Shown piece after piece: positions 45,600-56,700 of a DNA stretch of 64,000 bases (position 1 is its first letter; every line of letters starts with the position of its first letter). The position numbers and the translations under genes are program-made. Below the pieces are notes generated by a model. That model saw only the letters and a program-made list of their open reading frames with translations. It had not been told where the DNA came from and searched no databases. Source of the DNA: Verrucomicrobiota bacterium (GTDB lineage: Bacteria > Verrucomicrobiota > Verrucomicrobiia > Limisphaerales > UBA8199); contig PSRM01000182.1 in the NCBI GenBank assembly GCA_003176045.1, forward strand, positions 11,298-75,297, in the 5' to 3' direction.

Positions 45600-46571
45600 T
45601 TATGACCATACCTCGGCTTTTCTAAGCTGCCTTAAAAGCAGTTCCTCCAGCGCCGTGTTCGAGCTTGCCGTGAAAAAATTAATCCCTCTTTTTTGGCAAA
45701 ACTCGCGCATGCGTTGGAGATAATTCTGCACGGCTTGCACATAGGCTTTCATGCGGTAGCGGCCGAAGGTCACCTCCTGGACTGCGCCCGTCTCGGAATC
45801 CACCAGGCGCAGGTCGCCGAAGGTGGAAGGGGAAAGTTCCTCGGGCGCGAGGATTTGCACGATGTCCACCTGGAAGCCGCGTCCAACCAGGGCGTTGAGG
45901 CCGGACTCGTAACCTGCCGGGTCGAGAAAATCGCTCAGCACAACGGCCAGGCCTGCCTGGCGGGCCTCCAGCGCGCCGCGACGAAGCGCTTCGTTCAAAT
46001 CGGCCGGGCCTCCCGCGGTGAGCGCGGTAATGTTTTGAAAAAAAGAAAGCGCAGACTTTTTTCCTCGCACTGAACGCAGAGCGCCGCGGGCGGCCAGTTC
46101 GGCCGTTTGTGACGCAGCATCGGCCGGACGTGGCGCGTATTGCGTGTTGCGTGTTGCGTGATCAGGAGAGCGGCGGTTTTCGAGCGAAGGAAAGGGAATG
46201 ATGCTCACTCGATCAAAGCCGCAGAGCGCCACGTATCCTATGGCCGCGGCGACCCGGCGCGCGAAATCGAATTTACGAGGCTCACCAAACGTCATGGACT
46301 CGCTGGCATCGAGAAAAATCCGCACGGGCAGCTCACGTTCTTCCTCGTAGAGCTTTAGAAAGAGCCGTTCCAAACGGCCATAGAGGTTCCAATCGAGATA
46401 ACGAAAATCGTCGCCGTGAACATACGTACGATAGTCCGCGAACTCGACGGATTGGCCCCGCGCGCGGCTGCGTCGTTCGCCGCGGGACGAACTCTTGGCC
46501 CGGCGAGCCGCGAGCAGTTGGAATTGCTCGAGGCGGCGAAGGAGTTCGGGGGTGAGGAGGGGGTTGGGCAT
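45600..46571 (-). CDS. DUF58 (MoxR-associated vWA-like) protein
   Basis: GQSVEFADYRTY..GDDFRYLDWN, LDASESM, VLSDFL. Confidence 0.93.
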   Translation of the reverse strand: MPNPLLTPELLRRLEQFQLLAARRAKSSSRGERRSRARGQSVEFADYRTYVHGDDFRYLDWNLYGRLERLFLKLYEEERELPVRIFLDASESMTFGEPRKFDFARRVAAAIGYVALCGFDRVSIIPFPSLENRRSPDHATRNTQYAPRPADAASQTAELAARGALRSVRGKKSALSFFQNITALTAGGPADLNEALRRGALEARQAGLAVVLSDFLDPAGYESGLNALVGRGFQVDIVQILAPEELSPSTFGDLRLVDSETGAVQEVTFGRYRMKAYVQAVQNYLQRMREFCQKRGINFFTASSNTALEELLLRQLRKAEVWS

Positions 46572-46579
46572 CTAATTGG

Positions 46580-46770
46580 TCTTGCTCTTAATCTTTTCTC
46601 TTACTCTTAATCTTAATCTTAATCTACGAAGTCACGAGTTTTACGCAGGAAAGGATTAAGATTAAGAGAAAGATTAAGATTAAGAATCTACGGCCAGCTC
46701 CCAAATTAACCAACCAGCCCATTCACCCATTTAACTCATTTAACCTATTTAACTTATTTAACTTATTTAA
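46580..46770. repeat. Inverted hexamer arrays (TCTTAA)n / (GATTAA)n around a 28-nt spacer, plus an ATTTAAC-based 9-mer array
   Basis: 46580-46625 versus 46654-46685; 9-mers at 46727-46770. Confidence 0.85.
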
Positions 46771-47768
46771 CTAGTCAGTACCGCCGCATCTCGGGGCACA
46801 TCCTTCAGCACCTGCGCGATGATATGATCGGTCGTGATCCCCTCAGCTTCGGCTTCGAAGTTGAGAATAAGCCGGTGGCGCAGGGCGGAAGGAGCGACGG
46901 CTTCGATATCATCAAAGCTGACGTTGAACCGGCCATCAATCAGGGCGCGGACTTTGCCGGCCAGGATAAGGGTTTGGGCGCCGCGCGGGCTGCTGCCGAA
47001 GCGCAGGTATTGCGAGGCGATTGGAGCGGCGGTGTCCGTGCGCGGATGTGTGGCCAGAACCAGGCGCACGGCGTAATCTTTCACGTGCGAGGCAACCGGC
47101 ACTTCGCGCACCAGGTCCATCAACTGCATAAGCGTGCCCCCGTCGAGCACTTTGCTGACCTGCGCCCGCACACCGGCAGTGGTGCGTGTGAGCACTTCGG
47201 TCAACTCCTCCGCGTTTGGGTAGCCAACCAGGATTTTGAAAAAGAAACGGTCCAATTGTGCTTCGGGTAACGGATAAGTGCCTTCCTGATCAATAGGATT
47301 CTGCGTGGCCATCACGAAGAAAGGCTCGGCCAGTTTGCGCAATTCACCGCCGGCAGTGACCTGATGCTCCTGCATGGCTTCGAGCAACGCAGACTGGGTT
47401 TTCGGGGTGGCACGATTGATTTCGTCGGACAAAACCAAGTGGGCAAAAATGGGGCCGCGTTGAAACTGGAACTCGCGCCTGCCACCGGGGATTTCCATTA
47501 CTATGTTCGTGCCGAGAATGTCCGCAGGCATGAGATCCGGCGTGAACTGAATGCGGCTAAAGGACAGGTCGAGCACTTCGCTGAGCGTCCGAATCAAAAG
47601 CGTTTTACCCAGGCCCGGCACGCCTTCGAGCAGCACATGCCCGCCGGCAAACAGCGCGATGAGCGTCCCTTCGACAATTCCCTCGTGGCCAACAATCACT
47701 TTGCCGATTTCAGATCGGAGAGTTGCGTAAGCGGTGCGGAAGGATTGGATTTGTTCTTCAGTAGTCAT
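46767..47768 (-). CDS. moxR: MoxR-family AAA+ ATPase
   Basis: HVLLEGVPGLGKT, RIQFTPDLMPAD, DEINRA.PKTQSALLEAM, ATQNP, YPLPEAQLDRF, SPRG. Start set at ATG 47768. Confidence 0.95.
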   Translation of the reverse strand: MTTEEQIQSFRTAYATLRSEIGKVIVGHEGIVEGTLIALFAGGHVLLEGVPGLGKTLLIRTLSEVLDLSFSRIQFTPDLMPADILGTNIVMEIPGGRREFQFQRGPIFAHLVLSDEINRATPKTQSALLEAMQEHQVTAGGELRKLAEPFFVMATQNPIDQEGTYPLPEAQLDRFFFKILVGYPNAEELTEVLTRTTAGVRAQVSKVLDGGTLMQLMDLVREVPVASHVKDYAVRLVLATHPRTDTAAPIASQYLRFGSSPRGAQTLILAGKVRALIDGRFNVSFDDIEAVAPSALRHRLILNFEAEAEGITTDHIIAQVLKDVPRDAAVLTS

Positions 47769-47782
47769 TTGCGCCGGCGGCC

Positions 47783-47814
47783 GTTGAAGGTTGAAAGTTA
47801 AAAGTTGAAGGTTG
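47783..47814. repeat. (GTTGAAG)n heptamer array 3' of four-helix-bundle gene 2
   Basis: GTTGAAG GTTGAAA GTTAAAA GTTGAAG GTTG. Confidence 0.85.
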
Positions 47815-47822
47815 GTCAACCG

Positions 47823-48221
47823 TTACCGTTGGCGTGAAAGGCGCCTGGCATTCGTTCGAACCCTTTCCAGATAGTCTATGAACTTAGCTATTCGACGTGA
47901 CAGGGTCAGGCATGATTCACGCAGCGCCTCGAATTTTTTCTGGTCAATGTACTGCTGGTCTAGTGCAACGTAGAGTTGGGATCGGACTTCGCCATTTGAA
48001 CCTTTGGCGATGTTCAGGAAATGAATGAATTCTTTGCGAGTCCCGCGTTCGAAGCCCTCTGCGATGTTCGACATGGTCGAAGTGGAGGCGCGGATAATTT
48101 GATCTTTCAGCGTGAAATCGCGACGAAATAATCGCTCCTTCGTTATGTCGTAAATACGGTTTACTAAAACGCGCGCTTCCTGCCAAACCTTCAGATCTTC
48201 GAATTGTTTTGCCGTAGCCAT
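47823..48221 (-). CDS. Four-helix-bundle protein (TIGR02436 / 23S rRNA IVP family)
   Basis: FEDLKVWQEA, LKDQI.RA..S.MSNIAEGFER, EFIHFLNIAKGS.GEVRSQL. Confidence 0.93.
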   Translation of the reverse strand: MATAKQFEDLKVWQEARVLVNRIYDITKERLFRRDFTLKDQIIRASTSTMSNIAEGFERGTRKEFIHFLNIAKGSNGEVRSQLYVALDQQYIDQKKFEALRESCLTLSRRIAKFIDYLERVRTNARRLSRQR

Positions 48222-48385
48222 AGATTTTTATCCTCGTTAAATGTTTGTCGTATTTGTCGTATTTGTTCAGTAGGAGTGAATGAAATGAGTGTTGAATTTG
48301 CAATCTTAAGTTTATTCAACCAAGCCATTAACCTGCCTTCAGCCAAGAGGCGTTTGCGCAGACCTCAGACTCGACAAACGGAATG

Positions 48386-48417
48386 AACCTTCAACCTGTA
48401 ACCTTCAACTTTCAACT
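48386..48417. repeat. (AACCTTC)n heptamer array 5' of four-helix-bundle gene 2
   Basis: AACCTTC AACCTGT AACCTTC AACTTTC, 3 nt from the upstream stop; inverted relative to 47783-47814. Confidence 0.85.
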
Positions 48418-48420
48418 AGA

Positions 48421-50391
48421 TCATTTTTTCAAATCATCAAAGTAGTCCTTCACCGCTCCCTGATATGCTCGCGGCACTTTCTCCTCGGTCAGCGCACTCT
48501 GGGCGTCGGACTGGGCGGCGGCGGCCGCTTCCTCGTAAGCGATATTGCTCTGGCCTTTGATGCTCACGCCACGCAAGGTGATGCTCGGCATGGGCGCGCC
48601 TGGCGAGAACTGGCCTTTGACCTTGGTCGGCATGAGTTTGTCGGTGGGGCTGGTTGGGCGGTCGGTGTGGCCGCGTGGGTCAACATTCGGGCGCACGGCG
48701 CCGGTATTGTCCCAGGCATCATTCTGGACTCCGTCCCACGTGTGGCCTTCTTCGGCCCATGTGCCGACGCCGCCACCCAGCCCGCTGCCTTTGGTTGGAC
48801 CGCTGCCCGGGTTATTGCACTGCCCCCAGCCTTTGCACTCGCTGATGCACATGGCCGCCTTATTCATGGCATCGAGCGTGGCCATCAATTCCTGGGCGTC
48901 ACCCATTTGCTGAGCGAGTTCTCCCAATTTTTTGGCTGCAGAAGCGAGTGACTGCGCGGCACCCGATTTGTCGCCGGCCTGGCCTTGCTTGCAGGCCTGC
49001 TGCAGGTCCTTCGCCACGTCGCCATAATGGCCCGCAGGTGGAATGGCTTTTGAAACTTCCTCCATCATTTTCTGCAGTTGCTCCTGGGTAAGGCCCGAAG
49101 ACTTTAATTGTTCCACCATCTTGGTCAGAGTCTGCTGGGCCTGCTCGGGCTGCCCTTTTTGTAGTTGCTCGGCCAGGTCCTTGCCCAACTTGTCCATTTG
49201 CTGTTGGAGCTGTTGGAGGGACTTGGCCATGTCCTTCATCTTATCGAGGTCCTTAACGGCAGTCTGAATATCCTTGAGAAACTGGTCGGGCTGACTGTTC
49301 TCCAGGGCCTTGATGGCGTCCTCCAACTGCGGCATTTGCATCCCCATCTGTTGCGCTTCCTTCGACAGAGCGGAAAGGGCTTCTGAAAGTTTTTGTTTCT
49401 CGCCCTCGCCGGCGGCGGCGCCTTTATCGGCCAAGTCTTTGGCGGCTTGTTGAACCTTTTGCAGGTCCTTTTTGAGTTTGTCGAGCGCTTCGGGATTACC
49501 GGTAGGAGAGCCAAGCTGCTTCTGTAGCGATTCAATTTGCTTTTGCAATCCGCCGGCGGTTTGAGTGTCGTTCGGGCTTGTGCCACGGGCTGCCTGTTCG
49601 AGTTTGTTGAGGGCCGGATCTTTGGCCATTTCCTTGATCTGCTCCTTCAGCTTCTCAGCCACATTCGCCAGGTCTTTGAGCGCCTCGGTTCGGGTGAGGG
49701 AAGTTTTGGTGAACCGGTCGCCCAACTCGCCGACTGCCTGCATGGCTTTCTGAGTCGGCGGCAGGGCCGTCGGGCGCTTCTCGATGTCGCGCCGCACGAG
49801 TTCGGCCAGATTTTTGCCCGCTTCTTTGATTGATTTCTGTTCCTTTTGTTTTTGCAGGTAGCTCTTGCTGCGATACTCCGGGACAAAACCCAGCCCAACA
49901 CACAGCGCCAGCAACAGAAATGCCCAACGCGCCGCGCCCGGCAGACTCAACGGGAGCAGCTTTCTGGGATCCAGAGCTTTGGAATGTGCCGCGGCATCCG
50001 TGACCACCAGGTCGCTCCATCCTGATGGAGCGCGGACAGCCTGTCCGTGCGCACCGCTGGCTGGGCCAGCTTCCTCGGCGGCAATCTCCAACGCCGTGCT
50101 CAACCGCTCCTTTAGCTGTTGCTTGTTATCCACCCAACGGGCCACTTCTTTTAACGATGGTTTTCGCCACCCTCCTACGATCAAGCCAAAGGCCATCGCG
50201 ACAAACGGCGCGACCAATGCAGCCACAGGCACCCAAAGCGGCAGCGGCCACAAATGAAATGCCCCCGCCATCAGTAGCGCGGCGAGCGCCCCAAAGAGCA
50301 ACCCCTTCCACATCCCTTGCAACGCCTTCGCCCATCGCCGCCGCCGTCCGGCCCGACGGAGTGCCAATTCAATAGTTTGTAACTCGCTCAT
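48421..50391 (-). CDS. Membrane-anchored Q/K-rich coiled-coil protein of the MoxR operon (DUF4175-like)
   Basis: Two N-terminal TMs, LKERLSTALE, long heptad region, Gly-rich linker, VPRAYQGAVKDYF C-terminus. Start set at ATG 50391. Confidence 0.8.
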   Translation of the reverse strand: MSELQTIELALRRAGRRRRWAKALQGMWKGLLFGALAALLMAGAFHLWPLPLWVPVAALVAPFVAMAFGLIVGGWRKPSLKEVARWVDNKQQLKERLSTALEIAAEEAGPASGAHGQAVRAPSGWSDLVVTDAAAHSKALDPRKLLPLSLPGAARWAFLLLALCVGLGFVPEYRSKSYLQKQKEQKSIKEAGKNLAELVRRDIEKRPTALPPTQKAMQAVGELGDRFTKTSLTRTEALKDLANVAEKLKEQIKEMAKDPALNKLEQAARGTSPNDTQTAGGLQKQIESLQKQLGSPTGNPEALDKLKKDLQKVQQAAKDLADKGAAAGEGEKQKLSEALSALSKEAQQMGMQMPQLEDAIKALENSQPDQFLKDIQTAVKDLDKMKDMAKSLQQLQQQMDKLGKDLAEQLQKGQPEQAQQTLTKMVEQLKSSGLTQEQLQKMMEEVSKAIPPAGHYGDVAKDLQQACKQGQAGDKSGAAQSLASAAKKLGELAQQMGDAQELMATLDAMNKAAMCISECKGWGQCNNPGSGPTKGSGLGGGVGTWAEEGHTWDGVQNDAWDNTGAVRPNVDPRGHTDRPTSPTDKLMPTKVKGQFSPGAPMPSITLRGVSIKGQSNIAYEEAAAAAQSDAQSALTEEKVPRAYQGAVKDYFDDLKK

Positions 50392-50584
50392 AAATACTCC
50401 CTCAATCCGGCTCTTAATCTTTCTCTTAATCCTAATCTTAATCCCTCCCACAAAACTGCGCCATCCACCTCCATTTGGCTAGTGCTAATTCATTTGACCG
50501 CGGAAGCGCCAAAATGTTCCGCGGATTTGCGCCCTTAGCCGGAATAATTTTCCCGGCTGATAGTCCCCTGCGCCAGACGGCCCA

Positions 50585-50706
50585 TGTAGGGCAGGCTTTC
50601 CAGCCTGCCGGTTCGCGGCGCTTTTCAGCGCCGCGAATCTTTAGGCCACAGAGTTTCACGGGGCTAAAAAGCCCCCTGAACCGGCAGGCTGGAAAGCCTG
50701 CCCTAC
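50585..50706. repeat. About 120-bp composite GTAG-REP element (copy 2, inverted)
   Basis: Same termini as copies 1 and 3, internal hairpins in reverse order. Confidence 0.85.
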
Positions 50707-50723
50707 CAGGGAAACAATCCGTC

Positions 50724-53700
50724 TTATGGACTCAACCGCGCCCGGTAGAAGCGCCGGGGGACGCGGCCATTGGTATCCACAAGGATGACCGTATTATTCG
50801 TGAGGGTGAGGCTCGTCAGAGTGGTCCAGGTTTGAAAGTTGGTCGAGGTGAGGACGTCGTAGTGCGAGCCAGGCGCGCCCGAGAGTGTGAATTGGAACCC
50901 GCCGTTTGTGCGGAACGCAACGCTGCCTGGCACGAAAGAAGGCGTGGACGAGGCGAAGGCCAGGTGGAAAACCAAGTTGCCAGTGTGCGCCGCGTAACCT
51001 CCGGCCAGGATGCGGTAAGTAGTTGCTGTGCTGACGGCCAGGGTGATCTGCGAATTGATTCCGCCAGCATCATCGTTGCACGCCACCTCTGTCAAAGCGC
51101 CACAAGCACCCGTGTAAATAGCCAGGCCCGTGTCGAAATCGCTCCCAAATGTATCCACCGTAAGCAGCCCCGCTGATGGCGTGGCGAACTGGTACCAAAC
51201 CCCATTTCCAAACCCCGGCACGCACGACGGCGCTGGATCGCTGGTGGAGCTCGCGTAGGTGGTGGATTGCTGATTGGCGTAACTGGAACTGGCGATCACG
51301 ATTGCACCGGCGCATTGGTCGTTGGCCAGGGTGGTAGTCACCTTGAGGATCGCGTTTGAGCTGAGCGCAAAGCCGTATGCGTTTGTGACCAGGCAACTGA
51401 ACAGGCTGCCGGAGTCCGAAAGTTGCGCGTTATTAAACGTATAGCTGGAGTTGGTTGTGCCGCTGATCGGTGCTCCATTGCGCCGCCAGCCATATACGAA
51501 CGGCGTCGTGCCCGCAGCCGAAACGCTGAACGTAGCCGCCGCCCCTATCGAAACTGTCTGCCCCGCAGGTTGGGCAACAATACTCGGTGCGGACGGGTTG
51601 ACAACGATCCTCATCGTGGCTGTGTTGGCCCAACCATTTGTATCGCTTAGGCCAACGGTGAAGGAATTGGTCCCGAGGTTCGCCGTCAGTGGTGTGCCCG
51701 AGAGCGAACCGTCGCCGGCTACGTTCAACCAGGCCGGACCGCTGACCTTCGCGAATGAAAGCGTGTCTCCTGCGGGCGCGACCGCGTCGGCCAGAAGCGA
51801 ACTGGCATACGCCGAGGCATCACTCGCTGCCGCTTCGGTGAATGGGTTGCGGATGAATGTCGGCACAGTCAGACTGAAGACGGTATCGAATCCGACTCCC
51901 AAACCTCCGATTCCCGCCGTCGTTCCGTAAAACCGGCCATCGGAAGCTTGCACCATCCTCGTTCCCGGTCCCCACCCGTTTATGCCTTCAAACCAAACGA
52001 TGCTCGTCAGCGTCCCGCCTGGCGTCAGCTTAAAAACCGTCCCTCCGCCGCCCAACCCGCCCGAGTAAGTCGTGCCATAAAAATTGCTATCGGCCCCCTG
52101 CACCAGGCCGCCCGCCTGCGTGCCGTTGCTGGTGGAATCGAATGAGATCAATGTGCTCAACGCGCCATTGGTGGCCATGCGAAACAGCGTTCCGTATCCG
52201 TAGGCGCCGCCGTAAAAGGTGCTGCCGTAAAGGTAGCCATCGCTGGCGGCGAGCAGTCGGCCCACCGGAGTCGCGCCATTAGTGCCGTAAAAGGTTGCAC
52301 GAATCGTGAACAGACCGTTGGTTGTCAGGCTGAACACCGCGCCCGAGCCGCTTGTTCCACCTTCCGAAGTTGTGCCGTACAAAATCCCCCCTGGGCCCTG
52401 AACCAGCCCTGCCTGCGGGTAGCTGCCGCTGGTCGAATAATCGAAATTCACGAGGGTGGTCAGGACACCGCCCGGGGTAAGCCTGAAAGCTGTTCCGTAC
52501 CCGTTGGCGCCTCCGGCATAGGTCACTCCATAAAAGTTGCCGTCTGGCGCCTGCATCAATTCTCTCGCATAAGCCCCTTTGCCGTAAGAATCAAACGTGA
52601 ACACCGTCGCCAGCGAACCGTTGGCCGTCATCCGGAATACGGTCCCGTAGCCCCCAGGAGTACTTTGGGTAACCCCATAAAGATTGCCATCCGCGCCGAC
52701 GATTAGCCCCGCTTCAGGATTAGCCCCGTTTGTAAAATCAAACGACACCATCGTCGTCAGCGCGCCGGCTTTGGTCAGCCGGAAAACCGTTCCAGAGCCG
52801 TGGCCTCCGTAGAAGGTGGTGCCATAGAGATTGCCATCGGGGCCTTCGACCAGTGGACTCTGCACAAAGTTACCCTCGGTGTTCGGATCAAAAGTGTGCA
52901 ATTCGCTGAACGCTGTCCCGGCGATATTCACCGGAATGATCGCAAGCACGGCATCATCGCTCAGCACATCGCCCAGATCGTCCGAGACCAACACCGAGTA
53001 AACGCCGCCATCGGCCGCATGAGCCGCGGCAATGACCAACTCGCTATCCTGCGAGCCGCTAATATTGGCGTTGTCGGTCAGGTTTGTGCCGTCGTGTAGC
53101 CACTGGTAATAAAGCGGGAAATCGCCCTCTGCCTCGACCAAGAAACGGGCCGTTAAGCCATCCAAAACGCTCTGGTCGGCGGGTTGCGTCACAATAATCG
53201 GCGGCGAAACAATCACCTGCAAAAAGGCCGCGGCGCTGGTAACGCTCATGGAATTATTACTCACGACGACTTGATACAGGCCGGCATTGGCCGGAGTGAC
53301 ACTGGTGAATTTGAGCGCGGTTGTGTGCGCGCCGGCCATGTTGCCGCTATCCACCAGGTTCGTCCCGCGAGTGCGCCAATGAAAATTCATCGGCAGCGTC
53401 CCGAACGCCGCCACGTCCAGGGCCACATCTTCGCCGGCGAAGGCCGTGATATTGGCGGGTTGCGAAATGATTTGCAGCGGGGCACTTATGCCGACCTTGA
53501 AGACAACCCCGTTACCCAGTGGGCCGCCGTAGTTAGCGACACCATAAAGGTTGGCATCGGCAGCCTGGACCAGCCGCCCCCACGGGCCCGAGCCATTGTA
53601 GCCGTCGAACTGCACCATCCACGCAAAGGCCCCATTGGGCGCAATGCGGAACAGGACGCCTTGGCCGTAACGACCGCCGCTCGGAGTTGTTCCGTAGAAA

Positions 53701-56700
53701 TTCCCATCATTGCCTTGGATCAGCTCGGAGAATGGATTTGCTCCGTCAGGGTCCCCAGCAAACGAATAGAGCGTCGTCAGCTTGCCATGCGGCGTGACTT
53801 TGAAAACGGTACCGTAGCCGTTGGTTCCCCCGCCCCCGGCCATCCCGTAGAAATCGCCATCAGCGCCTTTGGTGAGTCCAGCGTATGGGTTCGCTCCATT
53901 GTCATAATCGAACAGCGCAAGAGTCGTCAGCGCACCGTTGGTGGAGATTTTGAACACAGTCCCATTTTCGTTGGTTCCGCCTAAAGGCGTGGTGCCATAA
54001 AGGTAACCATCGCTGCCCTGAACCAGGTCGCAATTGGGAGAGGTGCCGTGCGCATCGTCCCCGAAAGAAAACAATGTTGTCAGGACCCCGTTGGTCGTCA
54101 TTTTGAACACGGTTCCGTACCCGTTAGTTCCCCCGTAAGACGTGGTCCCGTAGAAATAACCATCAAAACCCTGGATCACGCCGGCACCCGGTTGCGCGCC
54201 GTTATTATAATTAAACGAGAACAGTGTGCTCAGGGTGCCATTGGTGGAGAGGCGGAACACCGTCCCGCCATCGTGAGCTCCGCCGTAATAGGTTGTTCCG
54301 TAGAGGTATCCATCGGCGGCCTGCATCAGGCTCGGCGACGGGTAGGCTCCATTTGTAGAGTAGTCAAAAGAAACCAAAATGGCCGGCGTTCCATTGGTGG
54401 TCATCCGGAAAATCCCTCCATAACCGAAGGTGCCGCCGTTGTCGGCTGTGCCGTACAAGTACCCATCCGAAGCCTGAAACAAGCCCACTGGGTTAAACAC
54501 GTTGTTCGTGAAATCAAAAGCCGCCAATGCAGTCTCGGTAACTCCTGGAGCGGTGAAAGGCACCACTGTCAGCACGGCATTTGAGCTGAGGGTAGGCCCG
54601 ACGCTGTTGCTTACCAGGCAACTAAACTGGCCGCCGGATTCTGCCAGCGGCACGTTATTGGTCGTGTAGAAAGATTGCGTTGCGCCGGCGATGGGCGTGC
54701 CATTGTGACGCCATTGATAAGTTAGCGGCAGCGCACCATAAGCCGTCACGCTAAAACTGGCTGTTCCGCCCACGGGAATGGTTTGGCTGTTAGGCCCGTA
54801 AACGACGGTGGGCCCCCCAAGGTAGGCGTTGAGATGGAAGACCAGATTTCCGCTTTCCCCATTGTAGCCAGCCGCCAGAATACTATAGGTCACACCATTG
54901 GTAACCTGTAGGGAGATGGCCGAACCGGACCCACTGCAGGTTACCGGACTCAGGGCTCCGCACGAGCCGGTATAGAGTCCGAGCACGGTATTGAAACTGC
55001 TCCCACTCGTATCAAGGATAAGCTGTCCATTAAGCGGCGGCGTGTATTGGAACCAAACACCCTTGCCCGGATTGTACACGCAGGGCGGCTGCGGGTCGCC
55101 AATCGAGGTAGCGCCGATGGTGGATTCATTGGTGGTGAAGAAGGGGCTGGTAATAACTGTTGCGTTGGCGCACAAATCATTGTTGGCGAAGGCAACGTGC
55201 AGCGCGAGATTCCCGGTTTGTCCGTTGTACCCTCCGGCGCGAATGAAATAGGTCGTGCCCGTGTTCACCGGAACGGTAACACCCGAATTGAGACTGCCAT
55301 CCCCGGCATCGTCATTGCAGGCCAATTCCGTCAAAGTCCCGCAGGTCCCGTTATACACCGCCAGGGCTGTGTCGAAATCGCTGCCCGCGCTATCTATGCT
55401 GATGGTCTGGCTCACGGGTGCAGTGTACTGGAACCAAACGCCACTGCCAAAACTGCTCACGCACGAGGGCGTCGGGTTGCCGGAGGGCGCGCCGAGGGTT
55501 GATTCATTCGTCGAATACGGCAAGGAGGCGATGAGGGTCGCGCCCGCGCAATTGGTGTTGGCCGGGGGCAGCACGACTGTCAGGACCGCATTTGAACTGA
55601 GCAGCGTCCCCAGGGCGTTGCTCACCAGGCAACTGAACTGTGCGCCCGAATCGGCGAGCTGCATGTTGTTGGTGCTGTAACTGGATTGTGTCGCACCGCT
55701 GATAGTCGAGCCATTCCGGCGCCAGAAGTAGCTCAAAGGCGCGCTGCCGCCTGCGCTGATGCTGAAGTTGGCCGTCGCCCCGGCAAGCAATGTTTGGTTC
55801 AGTGGCTGAGAAACGATCACCGGCGGTCCGCTCGTGTATATTAATGGCACCCGCACGATCGTTCCGTTGCCAACTTTAACGTCATAAAGATCGTAGCCCT
55901 GTCCTCCAAAATTCGCCGTGCTGTAAAGATTTCCATCCCGCGCCACCATCAGCCCGCCATAGCCCCCGTCGCCATTGGTGCCCGACAGAGAAAACAGGCT
56001 GGTAATAGCGCCGCTGCTGGTGATCCGATAAACCGTGCCGTAGCCGGCCGCGCCTCCCTCGTATGTCGTGCCGTAGAACGCTCCATCCGGACCAGTCGCC
56101 AGGCCGCCAAACGGATAAAACCCGTTGACTCCATCAAACGAGTATAAGCTCGTCAGTGTTCCGCCTGGAGTGACTTGGAAAACTGTCCCCACGTAGTTCG
56201 AGCCGCCGTCGTAGGTGGTCCCGTAGAAATTGCCATCCGTGCCGCGGGCCAGGGTGGAGTAAGGATGGGACCCGTTGCTTTGATTGAATGAAACCAGCGT
56301 GGTGAGGACGCCATTCGTGCTGATCCGGTACACGGTGCCGTAGGCGTCCGCGCCGCCAGAATAAGTGGTTCCATAAAAGTAGCCGTCACCCCCATAGACC
56401 AGCCCGCCATAAGGAGAATAGCCGCTGCTGCCGCTGGAACTGAATGAGGCCAATGTCGTCAGATGCCCATCGGGCGTCATTCTGAATATGGAGCCATAGC
56501 TGTAATTTGCCCCGCCACTAACGCTGGTACCGTAAAAATTGCCATCCGGTCCAAGGGTCAACCCCGCATACGGAGCATTGTTCTGGAAACCCAACGAAAC
56601 TAGCGTTGTAAAAGAGGCCAGCGCAGCGGGCCCCTTGGTGGTAAATCTGAAAATGGTCCCGACACCTGTATCGGCAAACAACATATTGTCAGGAAAGTAG

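Noticed and set aside
33558-48221. Diversity-generating retroelement suggested by Avd-like four-helix-bundle genes
   Set aside because: No reverse transcriptase and no TR/VR pair differing at adenines was seen in the window.
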